From the NCBI GenBank assembly GCA_951406725.2, contig OX597832.1, forward strand, positions 53,754,001 through 53,818,000: DNA of 64,000 nt, written 5' to 3'. Of the stretch, positions 39,006-51,558 are shown piece after piece. The stretch is from Octopus vulgaris. Taxonomy: Eukaryota. The translations under genes were made by a program, and so were the position numbers. The notes below the pieces were generated by a model, which did not search any database, was not told the origin of the DNA, and was given only the letters and a program-made list of their open reading frames with translations. The number at the start of each line of letters is the position of its first letter. Within the stretch, counting starts at the first letter, position 1.

Positions 39006-39579
39006 GTAATAAATAAAGATAACCAGACAACAGTAAAAACAATGAACTAACAAATCTCTTTACAAACCAACAAACAATATTCCTTGTGAACTAACCAACC
39101 AACACCTTCTGACTTCTCTGCAAATGAACTTTACTTGATTCCAAACTCTGAATCTCACTTGGATTGTTACTATTAATACTTTACTTGGACCCATCTATCT
39201 CTCACAAGGGGGCATCGTAATCTCATCACAACAAAATCATACTTAATAAATATTGAGTTCAAATTTCGGCACTGGGCTGGCAATTTCACAGGAGGAGGTT
39301 ATCAATTGTATTGACCCAAGTTCTCAACTGGTACTTATTTTGTCGACCCCCTACAAAAAGGATAAAAGGCAGAGTCAGCATCAGTGGAATTTGAACTCAG
39401 AATGTAAAGATGGACAAAATGTCAGTAAGCATTTTGCCTGGCATGCTAACAATTCTGCCAGCTCACTGCCTTGTTCATATAATTAATATTGGTGAAAAAC
39501 AACATTCAAGCTCCCATGCAGCTATCTTGTAAAAACATCTTTTGAGCGTGGTTGTTGCCAGAACTGACTGACTGGCCTT

Positions 39580-40080
39580 CGTGCTCCATCAGGCATTTGC
39601 CATATTCTGAACGCCTTACTTCCCTGGGCATGGACACATTGAAACTCCAACGTCTGGCAGCTGACTTGGCAGACACCCATAAAATTATCAACCATCTTAC
39701 AAACAATAACTCTGAGCACCTTTTCAAACTTCACCCATCTAACACCCGTGGACATATTTACAAAGTCAGAAAACAGCACAGCTCCCATGACTTTAGGAAA
39801 CATTTTTTCACGCTGAGAGTTGCTGAAGCATGTAACAAACTGCCGGCATCAGTTGTTAGTTGTCGGAGCACTGCATCCTTCAAAACTTCCATGCTTTCTG
39901 AGATTCGCCAACACTACACCTGATTTTCTCCCCTCCATACACACACAAGCATGTATCTGACTCATACATTGTTCGCTTTCCAGACATTTGTACATTACCG
40001 CATATACTTTATACGCACTTTCTGACAAGTTGTGGTGCACCTGAGCACTGTATACAATAATTTCATTATTATTATTATTT
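39580..40080 (+). mobile_element. CR1 LINE family B 3' end
   Basis: Near-identical to 14125-14607, with (ATT)n tail. Confidence 0.88.
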
Positions 40081-40837
40081 ATATTTTCAGGTTGAATTAA
40101 ATCTTTACTAACATCTTAATTGAAAAGCCATTCATAACAGCTTGATACAAAGTGAGCAGTGAATGCATGCAGTTGCTTCAGCTGCTAGAAATAGCAGTAA
40201 AATCTCACTGAAATCACACCCTACTACCCTAATCGAAGAAAGGACACAGTGAATGATGTAGATCCAGTTACATTACAAATAAATAAATGGCGGATGGTGT
40301 TGGACTGTCTTTCACCATTGGGTTGATTAGTCATGTCTGACATAGGATTTGAGAACAGCATGCAGCAGTTAAAATGATATTCTTTCTGTAAATTTGCTGT
40401 GATTAAACTCATTGTTATAGTGTGTGTGTGTGTATGTGTGTGCATGTGTGTGTGTGAACATCGGACTGTTAATAAACATTATAAACAGAATTAATGATGT
40501 AATATTTTGATTCCAAAATTAAATCCTCCATTATTTAAGTCTTTCTTTCATATTTAGGGTGGCTACTTATTTTTTTTATATCAAGGCACACAGTACACAT
40601 GGCTGTGCACTGAGAAATTTGCTTTTCAGCCACATGGTTCTGAGTTCAATCCCACTGTGTGGCACCTTGGACAAGTGTTTTCCTCTATAACTCTATTCTG
40701 ACCAAAGCCTTGTGAGTGAATTTGGTAGATTGAAGCTGAAAAAGCAGGTGGGGCTGCATGGTAAGGTAGGTGCAGACATGGCTGTGTGGTAAGAATCTTG
40801 CTTCCCAACCACATTGTTCTAGATTCAGTCCCACTGG

Positions 40838-43370
40838 AATTTCTTCTCCAATTCTACTAAAGAATCTACAATAAGAGCAAGGTCATCAGCATATAGCAGT
40901 TCCGAAGGGCACCCAGTTTTGAATTCCTCTGTTATGGCCTGGAGGACTATAATGAATAAGAGTGGGCTGAGAACTGAGCTCTGGTGAACCCCTACCTATA
41001 TGTTAAATTCATCACTGTATTCATGGCTGACTCTCACCCTCCTGACAACACCACTGTACATGGTTTGTACAGCTCTAACAAGCCACTCCTCTACTCCTAA
41101 TTTCCTTAGAGACCACCATATAAGAGAGCAGGGAATTTTCTCCAGGTCTACGAAGGCTAAGTACAATGGCTTACTTTTGGCCAAGTATTTTCTTGCAGTT
41201 GTCTCACTAGGAAGATGGCATCTGTGATACTCTTCCCAAGTACAAAACCAAACTGCATCTCATCTAGTTTAATTCTATTTCTAATCAATTGAGCTGTAAC
41301 TGTCTCAGTAACTTTAATGGCTTTGTCTAACAATTTAATGCCTCTGTTGTTGTTTCTATCTAAGGCAACACTTTTACCCTTGTAGCAGCTAAATGTAATA
41401 CTATCAGGTAATACCATAAATTCTGTCTGAATTTTGAATAAAGAAAACAAGTAATCAAATGTTATATTTAATTGAAATTTAATCATCAATGCACTTTCCA
41501 TGATTATCTATGACTTCCTTCCATCTATTTACAAGCTTTTTAATCCCATCAATGTAAAACTCTTTTGGTTTCAAAGTGAAGAACTCTGAATTATCAGTTT
41601 CGACCTCCTCCTGGCTTGCGAAAGTTATGTCCCCCAAATGATTCTGTAAACTACAAAACATGGTAGTCTGAAGGAGCAAGGTCGGGAGAATAAGGTGGAT
41701 GAGGAACTTTTTCCCAACCAAGCTCTTTGATCTTCTGTGATGTGATCTTTGTGGTGTGGGGTCATGCATTGTCCTGATGAAACATCATTCCTTCTCGATT
41801 CAGTAAAGCGGGTCTTTTTTTCTTCAAAGCTTGGTTCAAATGCTCTAATTGCTGACAGTAGACTTGAGCATTGAGTGTTGCATTAGGTGCTAACAATTCA
41901 AAGTGAATTACTCCTTTGCAATCCCACCAGATAGAGAGAAGACCCTTTTTTCCATGAAGTTCCCTTCTCGGTTGTGGTTGAGCTTTTCCCTTTTACCAAG
42001 CCACTGTTTACGATGTTCAACATTTCGATGGAAAATCCATTTTTCATCACCAGTCACAAGTCTATACAAGAAGGGTGAAATGAGTTTGTGAGAATGGAGA
42101 GAAGAGCAGATATCAACTAAGGATTTGTGGTTGCTTTCGGACATTTTATGAGGCACCCATTTTCCAAGTTGTTGAAGATGATGATTGACAGTTGTATGGT
42201 CTGAACTAAGCTCTATTGCCAATTCAAACTCAAATGGACGTCCTGTTTGATCTTCATCTTCAAGGCTGAAATCTTCACTTCTGAATTTTGCAAAACATCT
42301 TCTGCAAGTTCTTTCATTCAAGCATTCTTTCCCATAAACTGAGTGTATGTTTTGAGTCGCTTCAGCTGCAGAGTTTCCTTTTTTGAACTCATAAAACATT
42401 ATGTGCCTTAAATGCTCTTTGGATATTTCCATGTTAGAAAGGGTTCTAATCAAAGAAATTTTAATTCTTTTATTCTGTAAAATAATATTTAATTAGTTTA
42501 AATGCACACAAAGGCATAAAAATAATTTTTAATTCCATTAGACATTCTAAAATACTACTGAATCTCATTCAATTTAAAAAAAAGTAAAATCGGACAGAAC
42601 TTATGGGATGACCTGATAATACACTAGTCATTGGGGATGGTGCCCTCCTGAATAACCTGATTAGCTATATAGGTGACTAAGTTGTATCCTACACCACCGG
42701 AGATTTTAATAATCTCTATAGTGATTCCTGACGGCCCAGGGTCTTTCCCTGTCTTCATATCCTTAATTGTCTATTATGTTGCTATCAACTCTAATGTAGC
42801 CCTCAGTAAATTCTCCCACAAGAACTTCCAGTTGTCCTCTATGTCCCCAACTTTTCCTTTCTTTTGTCAGAAGCTTCCATTAGTAAATCTCTAAATTTTT
42901 GTCTGTTTGCTGGGCATTTGAGCTTCCATAGTCTTCTTTTCCACATTGGTTTATTTCCATAGTCATCTTTTCCACATTGGTTTATTTCTCCGGGTCTTTC
43001 TAGCTCTAATTCTGAAATCACTAACTAGTAACCTATAATGGGTTGTGCACTCTTCACCTGGGAAAGACTTTGCATTTCTAAGCATCCATCTATCTCGTTG
43101 CCTGGTGAGGAGGTAGTCAATCTGGCTTTCGTGCTCACCAGACTGATAAGTGATTAGGTGGCTGGGTGGTTTTTTGAAATTAGTGTTGCAAATCATGAGA
43201 TCATTTCCATCACAAAACTTGAGCAGTCTTGTTCCCTCCTCATTTCTAGGTCCAAAACTATAGTCCCCATTCACTCCCTGGGATCCATGGGGATGCTGTC
43301 CAACGTGTCCATTGAAGTCACCAGCCACAATAATACAGTCTCTGTCATTTGTTGTTGAGGTGGACTACAA
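40838..43370 (-). mobile_element. Decayed RTE-clade LINE (APE + RT) interrupted by a mariner
   Basis: AGDFNGHVG, SQIDY, MQFGF..TDAIFLVRQLQE, AFVDLEK and LLYADDL motifs. Confidence 0.85.
41404..42616 (-). mobile_element. Mariner transposon, decayed, nested in the RTE LINE
   Basis: TIRs TCAGGT(A/C)AT(A/C)CCATAA.TTCTGTC with TA on both flanks. ORF has WVPH, VTGDEKWI and GIKKLVNRWKEVI. Confidence 0.9.
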
Positions 43371-43960
43371 AAGGATTTCATAGAAAATTTTCAGCTATTC
43401 CCCATATGTATGTATGTATGCATGCATGCATGTATTGACAGCAACTCTAGCTGCTAACCACGAACTATGAAATAACTTTCTCAGCTTATCAAACCTTGAT
43501 ATAGGAAAAATTTATAATCTTCTATGTTAATAAACCATTATTGTTCCTGAAGGTTTTTTTTATACCTTCTATGGACAGCTTGAAGCTTATAACTTCCTAC
43601 ACCCTGATGCTTAGATCTTACCTGTACATATATATATATATGCATATCTATGAGGGTGCATGTGTGTGTAAGTGTGTGCAGTTTCCTGTACATTTGTTGT
43701 AACAAACAAAAGAAAATACATGCAACACATAGTGTGATAAGATTCTATTTATTTGGATGAAAATCACCTGAATCATTGCTCTGAGGGATTCAGCAAATGG
43801 TTCAAACATCTGTATTTGTGTAGAGATATGTATTCAGATAACATATAAATATATATATAAAATTATAATGAAGAAGATGATGATGATGATGATGAAGATG
43901 ATAATTATATATCTGTATCTATCTATCTATCTATCTATCTATATATATATATATATATAC

Positions 43961-44305
43961 ACAATTGCAGCGTGGAAGGTGTTTATAAGCCATTTAAGAA
44001 ACACACAAAACCGTTAGATTCACTTCAACATTTAAATTTAATTTGTCAAAATATTTTCGTCACTTTGAGACCGCGACATGTTCACTGACAAAGCTTCGTG
44101 ATGCAGCACAAAACTTTGTCAGTGAACATGTCGCGGCCTCAAAGCGCCGAAAATATTTTGACAAATTAAATTTAAATGTTGAAGTGAATCTAACGGTTTT
44201 GTGTGTTTCTTAAATGGCTTATAAACACTTTCCACGCTGCAATTGTTTTCGTTCCAGATCATGTTCTCAGATCAAGTCACTCGCTATGCAAGTACATCTC
44301 TGTAA
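43961..44305. mobile_element. Palindromic non-autonomous element with inverted arms, each carrying a hammerhead-like motif
   Basis: 43961-44092 is the near-perfect reverse complement of 44115-44246; flanked by (TA)n. Confidence 0.85.
44115..44165 (+). ncRNA. Minimal type I hammerhead ribozyme, G3:C8 core variant (mirror copy 44042-44092, minus)
   Basis: Stem I TTTGTCA/TGACAAA, core GTGAACA, stem II GTCGC/G(C/T)GAC (intact in the minus copy, GCGCC in the plus copy), GAAA, palindromic stem III AATATT. Confidence 0.65.
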
Positions 44306-44370
44306 TATATATATATATGATTATATATATATATATATGATTATATATATATATGATTATATATATATAT

Positions 44371-44523
44371 ATCTATACAATATGTTACATTACTCGGTAG
44401 TCAAGATAAAACTCAGAGTTTTATCTTGACTACCAGTAATGTAACATATTGTATAGATAAATTTCCTCTATTTACATAATATTGAGGTCTCTTTCTTTCT
44501 TTTGTTATCTTACCGTTTTATCA

Positions 44524-44554
<31 letters not shown>

Positions 44555-46640
44555 TATATATATATATGATTATATATATTGATAAAACGGTAAGATAACA
44601 AAAGAAAGAAAGAGACCTCAATATTATGTAAATAGAGGAAATTTATCTATACAATATGTTACATTACTCGGTAGTCAAGATAAAACTCTGAGTTTCAGAT
44701 GCCGAAGTGGAAATCCACAACACCATCTCTTCGGTTATCTGGCTATTTGAAAACGTTATGAAAAAATACCGTTAAAAATGAAGGGAAATTACTCTGTTAT
44801 AACTCTGCTTTGCCTGCGTACTTATACATCGCTCGCATTTTTCGTCATAAAAATTATATAAAAATACATAAAAATATATAAAAATATATAAAAATATATA
44901 AAATCTTCTTGGGACATAACACAGAAAGTATGTTCTATCCGTTTTCTTTAGGGGACCAAAAACGTAACAGAAATTTAGTCACATGTGGGCATGATCCGAA
45001 AAGTTCTGTCCTTGTATTTAGACATGTGGTAGGGTCTAAGCTGCTTTTCCAGATAAGCCATCTCTCCATGTCGCATAAACCGCACCTTCCGCTGCCGTTA
45101 GTATAGGGCTTACATCTGGCCAAAATCTTCCATTGTATGTTATAATCGACACCTTTATCTCTTAAAGACCAAATATGATTGGATAATTGTGTCGCTTTTC
45201 TTTTGTTCCAGTGCCTAAAGCTCAAAGTGTGGTTATTGAACCTGGCCTTGAAATTACCCTCTGTCAGGCCCACGTATTTCTTCGTCAAAACGGTGTCTTT
45301 AGTGGTTATAGAGTTTACAGTAGCTTCATATATGATGGTCTTGGACATGCAAGCTCCATTTAGCGGGCACAATTCTTTATTCCTGCATGAACAGCTGTTT
45401 TCTTCTTGTGTTTTTTGTATGTTATGTTTGATTATGTTTTTAAAATTGGTAGTTGAACTAAAACTAATTTTTAAATTGTGTCTATTGAAGAGTTTCCTAT
45501 AAGCATGGTTAACTGGAAAATGTCTATCTATCAGTGCTAGGAAATATTTACCTATATTGAAGGCCACCTCGGGTGAGTAAGGGGCGTAAACCAGATGACC
45601 TTCCTATTTCTATTATTCCTTTTCCTTATTGTTGGGCTGGTGATAAGTGTATATTTTATTTTTTCGCTAAAACCACTATCTTTTAAAGCTTTATTATAAA
45701 CTGGGGCAACGCTATTGAAGATGTCCTCATTAGATGAGAGGCTAGAAATCCTCTTACTAATATTTTTAACTAAATTTTTGAATACTATAGGGGGATGGCA
45801 TGAACCTACATTAATATAACTTAGTCCATCATTGGGCTTCCTATAAGGCTTATAAATATTATTATTAAGATCTAAGGAAACGTCTAAGAAATTGACAACC
45901 GTCAGGTTAGTGTCTATAGTTATACTAAGTCCGAAGTGTTTCATTAACTGGATAATATCCTTCCTAAAACGATCTTGTGCTGGTCCATTTGTATTAGCTG
46001 TTAAGGCGAGGGCATCATCTTTGTAGATGGCGAAATGTACGTTAGGGAATGTCTTACTGAAGGTATCTAGGAGAAAGAGTCCAATTAGATCACAGATGCC
46101 TGCCCCATCATATGAACCCATGCTCACATCGAAAGCGCCCTCCGTGTCGGTGTTTTTTACCCACTTTGCATTCTCACTGAAAAGTAATGTCTTTCTAGCA
46201 TGGAAGATTATATCCTTATCATTGGTACTAATTTCTATGAAGTCACTAGCGAAGATTAGGGCTTTATCTAGCAGTTCTTTAGAGATAGAGGCATAAAAAT
46301 CAACAATATCGAATTGTGTAAACCTCGCTTTTTTCTTATTCTTAATAGCTTTAAACCAGTCTACGACTTCTATACTATTGGACAAGAAGATTTTATATAT
46401 TTTTATATATTTTTATGTATTTTTATATAATTTTTATGACGAAAAATGCGAGCGATGTATAAGTACGCAGGCAAAGCAGAGTTATAACAGAGTAATTTCC
46501 CTTCATTTTTAACGGTATTTTTTCATAACGTTTTCAAATAGCCAGATAACCGAAGAGATGGTGTTGTGGATTTCCACTTCGGCATCTGAAACTCAGAGTT
46601 TTATCTTGACTACCGAGTAATGTAACATATTGTATAGATA
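44371..46640 (-). mobile_element. Penelope-like element copy A (Naiad-type), 5'-truncated with inverted 5' pLTR
   Basis: RT (DIVDFYASI, SMGSYDGA, YKDD) plus GIY-YIG. 3' pLTR at ~44580-44907, inverted pLTR at 46382-46640, (TA)n flanks. Confidence 0.9.
44935..46385 (-). pseudogene. PLE RT + GIY-YIG ORF, frameshifted near 45581
   Basis: CSC-x5-CPL linker, IIYEAT..YVGLT and C-terminal CGLC. The G run has 4 G here versus 5 in the open copy near 59956. Confidence 0.88.
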
Positions 46641-46766
46641 TGATTATATATATATATAAATATTTATATATGCATGTATGAATATGTATATATAAACACA
46701 CACAAGTCGTAAAGTCAATTATCTGTTCAAAACTTAGGCTTGAGTGTTATGTGTGTCATGTTTGAG

Positions 46767-47091
46767 CTATCTGTCTGGTTTGATATTTCCGTTGTGTTTG
46801 GTCGTTCCGTCATGTTTGGTCTCGTCGTGTTTGGTCTCGTCGTGTTTGGTCTCGTCGTGTTTGGTCTTTTCGTCGTGTTTGGTCGTTCCATCATTTTTGA
46901 TCTTTCTGTTTTGTTTTGACATAAGTGTCACGTATGATTTAGTTGACTTGTATTTTGTTGTTTCCGCGTGTAATTCCACGAGATTAACTTTTACATGGGT
47001 AAACAGCTTCTCAGACTTCAACTCACGTAAATCATACTTCAAATTACTTAATCCATCTTTATTAAAATTTCTGTTAAGTAAAAGCTTATAT
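46767..47091 (-). CDS. GT7 beta-1,4-galactosyltransferase-family gene, terminal exon with (TKHDE)n tail
   Basis: Acceptor GTGTTTCAG|A, phase-compatible with the donor at 51351. YKLL..KDGLSNLKY..LFTHVKVNL matches the GT7 C-terminus (cf. DGLNSLTY..LYTQITVDI). Confidence 0.8.
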
Positions 47092-47233
47092 CTGAAACAC
47101 AATAAATATATCCTGATAAAACAACAATTAATTCAGTGATATTGTGCATATGATATACATGTATAATATAAATATAATTCACACACCCACACACATATTA
47201 TATATATATATATATATACATACGTGTGTATGC

Positions 47234-47296
<63 letters not shown>

Positions 47297-47546
47297 TACA
47301 CACATACATGCATGTATAATTGTGTGTGTGTATATATATATGTAAATATACTTTTCTACTCTAGGCAAAAGGCCCAAAATTTTTGGGGAGGGGGCCCATT
47401 CGATTAGATCAACTCCTGTATGCAACTGGCACTTCTAAGTATTTTGCCCAACATACTAACATTTCTGCCAGCTTGCTGCCTTTCAATATATGTAAATATT
47501 GAACAATGGTAATGAGTGGTCAACACTACATGGGTAAACAAAGATA

Positions 47547-49118
47547 CATTATTTGTGTATTAAGGCTACCATTGGTTTCATGTTAAGTAATGCCCCGACA
47601 ATTACCAAGCCTATTATCACATGGAACATTGGTGTTCATCTCCAGTTTGGATTAAAACACAGAAAGTCACAATAAAATCACATGAAATTTTCAGTAAACG
47701 AAAATACAAGACATCAAGGGAAACAAACTGTGAATGTTTATTTTCCTTGAATTCGCCTTTTCGAAAAATTAAATTATCAGAATGCAATATATAAGAAAAC
47801 GAACCTCATCACTTATAATTTTATCAATGTTGAAGCAAAAAATTAAAGCTACAAATCTTAAAATTGAAGATAGAATAGAATGACATGTTTAAAAAATTTT
47901 TTTTGTAACTCTGAAAGATCATAAAGACAATTTTGCACAAAATTTTAGCTGTAGATTAACAAATTCCACAAAAAGCAAAATAGGTGTTAATCATCATCAT
48001 CATAATCATCATTGTTTAACGTCTGCTTTCCATGCTGGCAGGTGTTGGACAGTTTGACAGAAGGCTGCACCAGTCTCCAATCTGATCTGGCAAAGTTTCT
48101 GCAGCTGGATGCCCTTCCTAACACCAACCACTCCGAGAGTGTAGTGGGTGCTTTTACGTGTCACCGGCACGAGGGTCCATCAGGCAGTACTGGTATCGGC
48201 CACGCTCAAATGGTGCTTTACACATGCCACCTGTACAGGAGCCAGTTCGGCGACACTGGCGATAATCACGCTTGAATGATTCTTTTTTATGTGCCACCGG
48301 CATGGGAGCCAGTCTGCGGCCCTGGTAACAATCACGCTCAAATGGTGCTTTTAACGTTCCACTGGCGATTCACTTGCCTCAACAGGTCTTCGCAAGCACA
48401 GTTTATTGGTTCGGCATATATTTATGTCATGCACTGTTTATTTATGTAAACTGTTATCATTGTGAGGACCGTAAATTCAATGAAACTGGCATGGATGGAT
48501 GTGACTGTAAATCCTGTAATGGACCAGAAAAACTTGTTGAACCTGTATGAATTTGATAGGAAGTCATAATGGAAATGGTGGTGTAACTGCCAAAACTGCT
48601 ACTGTTATACTATTATGGTGATGAAGTCTTGAAATGAGTTGGAAAATCAGATTCCTTGAAATTTGCATGGTGGCCTCTATTATTGATTCTGTGAGTGATA
48701 ATGGATGTTTATATCAACTGCTACACAAACAGGTACAAAACTGCAGCAGATAGGGCAGTGTATATTTTCATCATCTGGTTCAAAGCGCAGTGCAGGTAAA
48801 TTTACATCACCCAATGTTATGGGGTTAAGTGCACAAAAATTTAAAGCTACAAAAAATTTTGTGCAGGTTTAACATTAATGAAGGTATTTGTAGGCAACTA
48901 TAAAAATTTGAATGAGTTATCCCCAAAGGGTATAACTCATACAAAGGTTGTTCCTCTTGATGTTTTTGTTTATCAAAATTCTCATGTGATTTTATTGTGA
49001 CATTCCATGACATTTATATTCTAATCCAAAATAGAGACAAACACTGATGTGATAGGTTTGATAATTGTTGAGGTATTTCTTAACATGAAACCAATGGTAG
49101 CCTTAATGCACAAATAAA

Positions 49119-49119
<1 letters not shown>
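47547..49119. mobile_element. Old non-autonomous TIR element (TA flanks, ~170-bp imperfect TIRs)
   Basis: TTATTTGTGTATTAAGGCTACCATTGGTTTCATGTTAAG is mirrored at 49080-49117. Nested retroposon at 47990-48400. Confidence 0.65.
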
Positions 49120-49169
<50 letters not shown>

Positions 49170-49256
49170 AACCCATGCCAGCATGGTAAATGGACATTAA
49201 ATGATGATGATGATATATATGTATGTATGTATGTAGAAAATACGTATATGTATATT

Positions 49257-50165
49257 TTGGGTCATCCATAAATAATGCAGTCTTTTTTTCATGCCTCTTA
49301 TTTTTCAAAATCAAGATAAACAAAGTTCTTTTTTAATCTTAAATATACTCTCCTTCATTTTCTACAATGTTCTTCCATCTTTCTGGCAGACTCACAAGGC
49401 TCCTCTTCTAAAATTCACTTGACTCCACCAGTACTGTTCTGACCTCGTCTATAGAATTCATATTTTTTCCATTCAAATGTTTTTGAAGACTGTGGAATAA
49501 ATGATAATCAGATAGGCAAGGTCTGGCGAATATAGTGGGAAGGGCATTGTTTCCCATTCAAACTGCTCCAGCCTTTGGAATGTTATCCTTACTGTATGTG
49601 GCCAAACATTATCCTGATGGAAGAACACCTTTCATCTTAAACCAAAGATGGTCGTTTTCCTTCGAGCGCTGACTTGAATGACTGGTTGAATGATCAAATC
49701 CAAGCTTCTCTGCTAGTTCTTCAACAGGTATGATGGGATTTTTTTTCCAACCAGGGCTTGCAGGATGTCCTCATCGAGCTTTACAGATCTCCCAAGATGC
49801 GGCTTGTCTTCTAGGCTGTAGTTTCCGGCTCAGAATTTCTGGAATCACTGTTGACACTGGCTTTCGTTTATTGTCTGACCCCCATATACTGTATTAATAT
49901 TCCTTGCACTTTCCGTTGCTTTGTTGCCTTTATTGGAATCATGAAGCAAAATATACTGAATATGCTACTTTGTCACTTCCATTATAGCTTTGAAAAAATA
50001 ACTGTTAAATTTAAACTGCATTCTTCAAAACTTGCCCTAAGAATAAGGACGAGATAAAATTACTACCTGTTTTATAGTAAGTTGATGCAGGTAGTTAATC
50101 CCATCCCCCTCCGACTTTTAGTTCATGCAATTGAAAAAAACCACGTTATTTATGGGATGACCCAA
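49257..50165 (-). mobile_element. Decayed, internally deleted mariner
   Basis: TIRs TTGGGTCATCC(C)ATAAATAA; remnants HQDN..PH and YSPDLA..DYHLF. Confidence 0.8.
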
Positions 50166-50454
50166 TATATAATGTATATCTATGTAAATAATGATAATAA
50201 TAATAATGGTTCCAAATTTTGCCACAAGGGCAGCAATTTTGGGGGAGGGAGAATAGTCGATTACATTGACCCCAGTACTTGACTGGTACTTAATTTATGG
50301 GCCCTAAAAGGATGAAAGGCAAAGTCGACCTCAGCAGAATTTGAACTCAGAAGATGAAGTAAGATGAAATGCCGTTAATCATTTTGCCCAGCGTGCTAAC
50401 AATTCTGCCAGCTTCCTGCCTTAATAATAATTATATCAATAATAACAATAATCA

Positions 50455-50684
50455 ACAATTGTCAGAGCCCTGTGAACAGTGAGCAAAAATCTCGAGAAGT
50501 ACGTGGAACAAATAGGGGCTGCAATAAGGGTGGAACACTTGCAGAAAACAGCACTGCTTGGAAACGCTCGAATACTCCGGAAGGTGCTCGAAAAATAAGA
50601 GGTGTTACCTTATTTCACTGGTAGTGAACAGGTGACACTGTAGTACATCTCCAGTGTTAGAAGCTGTGCAAAGGCAATTATAAC

Positions 50685-50738
<54 letters not shown>
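50455..50738 (+). mobile_element. R4/Dong LINE extreme 3' end abutting (TAA)n
   Basis: EHLQKTALLGNARILRKVLEK* followed by a long (AAT)n tract, the known Dong target repeat. Confidence 0.75.
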
Positions 50739-51351
50739 CCTTTCTACTATAGGAACAAGGCCTGAAATTTGGGGCAGGGACATAGTCAATTACATTGACT
50801 CCAGTGTGTAACTGGTACTTAATTCATCGACCCCAAACTAATGAAAGGCAATGTTAACCTCAGTGTAATTTGAACTCAGAACATAAAGACAGACGAAGTG
50901 CTGCTTATTTGCTGACATTGCTTTGAATTAATCATGCATTATCGTGTAGCTTTCAAATTTTGATGAGGAGGTAACTATTAATTTTTAGAAAGATTTTGTC
51001 GGGCTGGTGTGAGAAGCCAGATCTGGACAATTTGAACATGAAAACAAGTGGAATAGTTTGGCTGGATATGGCCAGTTTAAATGCTAATGGTTTAATGCTG
51101 GTCATATTTTCAGACTCATGTAAGCATCTGTTATCTATCAGCTATAAAATCCCTGTGGCATAAAGAAATCCATAAAACCCCAGAGATGCTTATATTCATC
51201 TTTTAACCATTCTTATTGGATTTCATAACTATAGATGAGAGACACTCTGAGATATGGATGGTGTTAATTACTTTTAATTCATGCGATCTTGATTAACTAA
51301 TTAGCATTTTTCTCTCTATTCCCTTATCAAAATGTTTCGAATTATACTTAC

Positions 51352-51381
51352 CTGTCTTCATTTATTGGTCCTCGAATATGT

Positions 51382-51387
<6 letters not shown>
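51352..51387 (-). CDS. GT7 gene penultimate exon, 3' remnant (VKHIRGPINEDR)
   Basis: Donor AG|GTAAG in phase 2, matching the terminal exon. Resembles GT7 MIKH...N..R. The 5' side runs directly into (ATGT)n. Confidence 0.55.
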
Positions 51388-51412
<25 letters not shown>

Positions 51413-51558
51413 GCATGCATGCATAGATACATACATACATGCATGCATGCATAGATACATACATGCATGCATACATACATACATACATACATACATACAT
51501 ACATACATACATACATACATACATACATACATACATACATACATGCATGCATACATAC
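51386..51558. repeat. (ACAT)n microsatellite
   Basis: Seen directly in the sequence. Confidence 0.95.
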
